Source of the DNA: Verrucomicrobiota bacterium
Lineage (GTDB): Bacteria > Verrucomicrobiota > Kiritimatiellia > JAHIZV01
Assembly (NCBI GenBank): GCA_018814445.1
Contig: JAHIZV010000139.1
Coordinates: 4,342-68,341 of the forward strand
DNA: 64,000 nt
Reading direction: 5' to 3'
The notes beneath the pieces were generated by a model, which ran no database searches, was not told the DNA's origin, and was given only the letters and a program-made list of their open reading frames with translations. Positions 61,411 to 64,000 of the stretch are shown piece by piece (the first letter of the stretch is position 1; each line of letters begins with the position of its first letter). The translations under genes and the position numbers were made by a program.

Positions 61411-62240
61411 GACCGACACGATCCATTCTTCTCCTCTGCATATTCCTCGGCACAATACGTGCTGCCTCCTCGGAAGATGCGCGTTCCATGCTACGTGAAG
61501 GCGCCGGGAAGATGAAAGAAAACGCATTCGCGGAGGCCGCGCCGTTGTTTGAACAGGCTCAGTCCCAGGCCCCTGACGAGGGTCTCGATCCCGCCGTTGC
61601 GGCATACGACAAGGGAAATGCTTTGTACCGCGCAGGCCTGTACGATCAGGCTATCAGCGCCTTCACGGAGGCCCAGTCGTCGCCGGACCTGGGCCTTCAG
61701 CAGCGGGCCTATTTCAACCGGGGCAATGCCCTCGTTGAGCAAAGCAAGGCCCTTGTTGAAGAACAACAGCAAATGGACGCAGGAATTCAAGGTCTCGAAG
61801 CCGCCCTGGCGGCCTATGAGCGCGCCATGTCGCTCAGTCCGGGGGACAAAGCCCCGAAGATCAACTATGAACTCGCGGACCAACTCAAACAGCAGTGGCA
61901 GGAGATGCAGCAACAGCAGCAGGATCAACAACAGCAGGACCAACAGCAGCAGAATCAGAAGAACGAGGATCAGAAGGAGCAAGATCAGTCCGACCAGCAA
62001 CAACAGGACCAGCAACAGCAGCAGGATCAACAGGACCAGTCAAATCAACAGAAGGAGCAGCAACAGCAATCGCCACAGCAACAGCAGCAAAGTCCTTCAG
62101 GCGAACTGCAGCGGCCCGAAGAGATGACGCCGGAGGAAGCCATGATGCTGCTGGATGCTCTGAAGGAAGAAGAGCAGGCCGACAGAGACAAGATGCGACT
62201 CTTGCTTGGACGCCCCATGCCCGCGGACAAAGACTGGTGA
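61407..62240 (+). CDS. batC: BatC-like TPR-repeat protein with Gln-rich low-complexity region
   Basis: TPR-like YNRGNAL...YERAMSL; Q/D-rich tract 61900-62100. Confidence 0.65.
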   Translation: MRPTRSILLLCIFLGTIRAASSEDARSMLREGAGKMKENAFAEAAPLFEQAQSQAPDEGLDPAVAAYDKGNALYRAGLYDQAISAFTEAQSSPDLGLQQRAYFNRGNALVEQSKALVEEQQQMDAGIQGLEAALAAYERAMSLSPGDKAPKINYELADQLKQQWQEMQQQQQDQQQQDQQQQNQKNEDQKEQDQSDQQQQDQQQQQDQQDQSNQQKEQQQQSPQQQQQSPSGELQRPEEMTPEEAMMLLDALKEEEQADRDKMRLLLGRPMPADKDW

Positions 62241-62286
62241 TTCAGGATGGAGATTCTGAAGACCTCGCTTTAGAGTGAAATCTGTT

Positions 62287-64000
62287 ATGAGACGTTGGCA
62301 ATCCAATCCAGTCAGGCGGCAGAAACCACGCACGCTGATCGCTGTTGTGGTTACTCTGCTGGCAGCTCTCACCTACGCCTTCGCGGATGTCTCAGTTACC
62401 TTTGACGTTCAGCCCCGGACCATCAAAGTCGGCGATTCCGCCGTGTGTACGTTCACCATTCGCGGAGCCAACAACCCCTCAACTCCCTCATTGCCTCAGA
62501 TTGATGGTCTGCAGTTCAGCGGACCTGCGGTCCAGCGGAATTTCTCAATGGTCAACGGTAAGATTGATAATTACGTGTCGTATCAATACCAGGTCGTGCC
62601 TATTCGCAACGGCAGCTTCTCAATCGGCCCGTTTAAGTACCAGGCTGGCAATCAGGTTCTCGACCTGCCATCCATCACGCTTCAGGCCTTATCTCGGTCG
62701 GCAGACGCATCACAATCCGGACAGCAACAGGGGCAGGACTGGCTTTTTGCCAGACTCAGTGCCAGCAAGACAAACGTGATCAACCAGGAGAGCTTCGAGA
62801 TACTGATTTCCGTGTATATCGCTCAGGGACTCAGCATCGGTCGTGAGATATCTCTTGCCAACATGCCTGATGCCGGATTGACCATTCAGAACTTTCATGA
62901 AATCAGCGGTGTTCGGGAGGCCGTCAACAACAAGGCTTACGAAGTAAAGAGGTTCCGGGCGAACGCCCGTGCCCTCACGGAAGGAACATTCGTCCTGGAA
63001 CCTGTCATCCGAGCCAGTCTGCGGGTTCCAAGAAATTCACGCAGTCGTCCGAGAAGCATGTTTGACGACTCCTTTTTCGACAGCTTCTTCGGTCGAACTG
63101 AAGCACAACCCGTCGATCTTCACGTTAAACCCGTCAACATCACCGTCGCCGCCGTGCCCGGCGAAGGCAAACCTGAGTCTTTCTCGGGGGCTGTGGGACT
63201 TTTCACATTCGATGTCGATGTGAAACCGACCGAGCTGACCGTCGGTGATCCCGTCACCATGACGGCGCGAATCGCGGGACAAGGCAATATAGACTCCTTA
63301 TCCGCCCCATTGCTCAAGGCCGATGACCATTTCAAACTCTACGAGTCCCGACTTGTTTCAAAGAACATCAATGAAGCAGGAACGGCCGGCGAGAAAATAT
63401 TCGAACAGGTTCTGATTCCGCGGTCGGAGGACGCCGCCACAGTCCCCCCCCTTGAATTCTCATTCTTTGACCCGGAGAAGAAAGCCTATCAGGTAATTCG
63501 CCGAGGGCCGTTCACACTGGCGCTCAAGCCCGCTGAAAATGGAACCGCCCGCATAGTGCAGTCGACAACCGAACGTGCCGGCCCAACAAGGATTCTAGGA
63601 ACGGACATCGTTTATCTTAAACCGCCTCCTTCAGCCTGGAACGACACTCTGAAAAGCGCCGTATACACGCGGTCATCGTTCTGGATTGTCCAAGCCATCC
63701 CCTTACTGGGTGTAGCGCTGGTGTATGTTACCTCTCTCCGGAAGCGCCAACTGCAGACAGATGTGGCTTTCGCCCGCAGGCAGAGAGCCCCGAAGGCGGC
63801 GCGAGCGGGACTTAGAAAAGCCGAAACGGCCCTTCGGGAAACCAATGCAGCTGAGTTCTATGAAGCGATGTGGGATGCCCTGTCCTCCTATTTCGGGAAC
63901 CGGCTCAATCTTGCGCCGGGCGAAGTCACAGACCGGTCCATTCTGGATGCTGTGGAGCATTCAGGAATGGAAATGTCAGACATAAGCATCCTCAAGTCAC
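62287..64000 (+). CDS. batD: BatD-like protein (3' end beyond window)
   Basis: Frame open from ATG 62287 to the window end (not in the ORF track because no stop); hand translation is coding-like throughout. Confidence 0.6.
   Translation, partial: MRRWQSNPVRRQKPRTLIAVVVTLLAALTYAFADVSVTFDVQPRTIKVGDSAVCTFTIRGANNPSTPSLPQIDGLQFSGPAVQRNFSMVNGKIDNYVSYQYQVVPIRNGSFSIGPFKYQAGNQVLDLPSITLQALSRSADASQSGQQQGQDWLFARLSASKTNVINQESFEILISVYIAQGLSIGREISLANMPDAGLTIQNFHEISGVREAVNNKAYEVKRFRANARALTEGTFVLEPVIRASLRVPRNSRSRPRSMFDDSFFDSFFGRTEAQPVDLHVKPVNITVAAVPGEGKPESFSGAVGLFTFDVDVKPTELTVGDPVTMTARIAGQGNIDSLSAPLLKADDHFKLYESRLVSKNINEAGTAGEKIFEQVLIPRSEDAATVPPLEFSFFDPEKKAYQVIRRGPFTLALKPAENGTARIVQSTTERAGPTRILGTDIVYLKPPPSAWNDTLKSAVYTRSSFWIVQAIPLLGVALVYVTSLRKRQLQTDVAFARRQRAPKAARAGLRKAETALRETNAAEFYEAMWDALSSYFGNRLNLAPGEVTDRSILDAVEHSGMEMSDISILKS

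Overview
High-GC (~60%) bacterial chromosomal segment, probably from a diderm, since LptD is present. The organism is not identified; the gene content fits PVC or FCB-like lineages.

In order along the window:
(1) 1-7669: a six-gene Hyf/Ehr-type membrane complex with NuoL/H/N-like membrane subunits, a NuoC-NuoD-fused 'large subunit' that has lost all four [NiFe] cysteine ligands, and a fused 2x[4Fe-4S] ferredoxin-NuoB-like small subunit. It is preceded by, and translationally coupled to, a PTS-EIIA(Ntr)-like gene.
(2) 7769-14345, minus strand: a complete SUF Fe-S assembly operon (Rrf2 regulator, SufT, SufC, SufB, SufD, Rieske ferredoxin, SufS, SufU).
(3) 14464-19652: housekeeping and orphan genes, including a radical SAM enzyme coupled to an FNR-like flavoprotein, MurB, PduO-type adenosyltransferase and SuhB.
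(4) 19621-22713, minus strand: a family-B DNA polymerase with two downstream prepilin-type pseudopilin genes, each overlapping its upstream neighbour.
(5) 23061-27698: envelope genes (GT2 glycosyltransferase, NAD-dependent epimerase, LptD).
(6) 28008-35863 and nearby: zinc-ribbon, EVE and DUF4339 proteins, the dnaX-ybaB-recR cluster with SRP RNA upstream of dnaX, and three tRNAs in the window (Asn, Thr, Ala).
(7) 36412-49016: SurE, ProC, YggS, a 987-aa secreted four-repeat protein, two MscS channels and a beta-CASP RNase.
(8) 49028-56297: signalling and transport genes (sensor kinases, CorA, TrmL).
(9) 56430-64000: a complete Bat/aerotolerance-like operon (MoxR, DUF58, membrane protein, BatA, BatB, BatC, BatD).

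The most striking sequence-level feature is a family of short heptanucleotide tandem-repeat arrays. Each array has 3-4 copies of a 7-nt unit; the unit differs between loci and arrays are often arranged as inverted pairs. They sit at almost every intergenic gene boundary, frequently abutting or overlapping start codons. A G/A-rich 'GGGAGAAAGGG' palindromic element occurs at three gene 3' ends.

All calls are from reading the sequence; no database search was possible.
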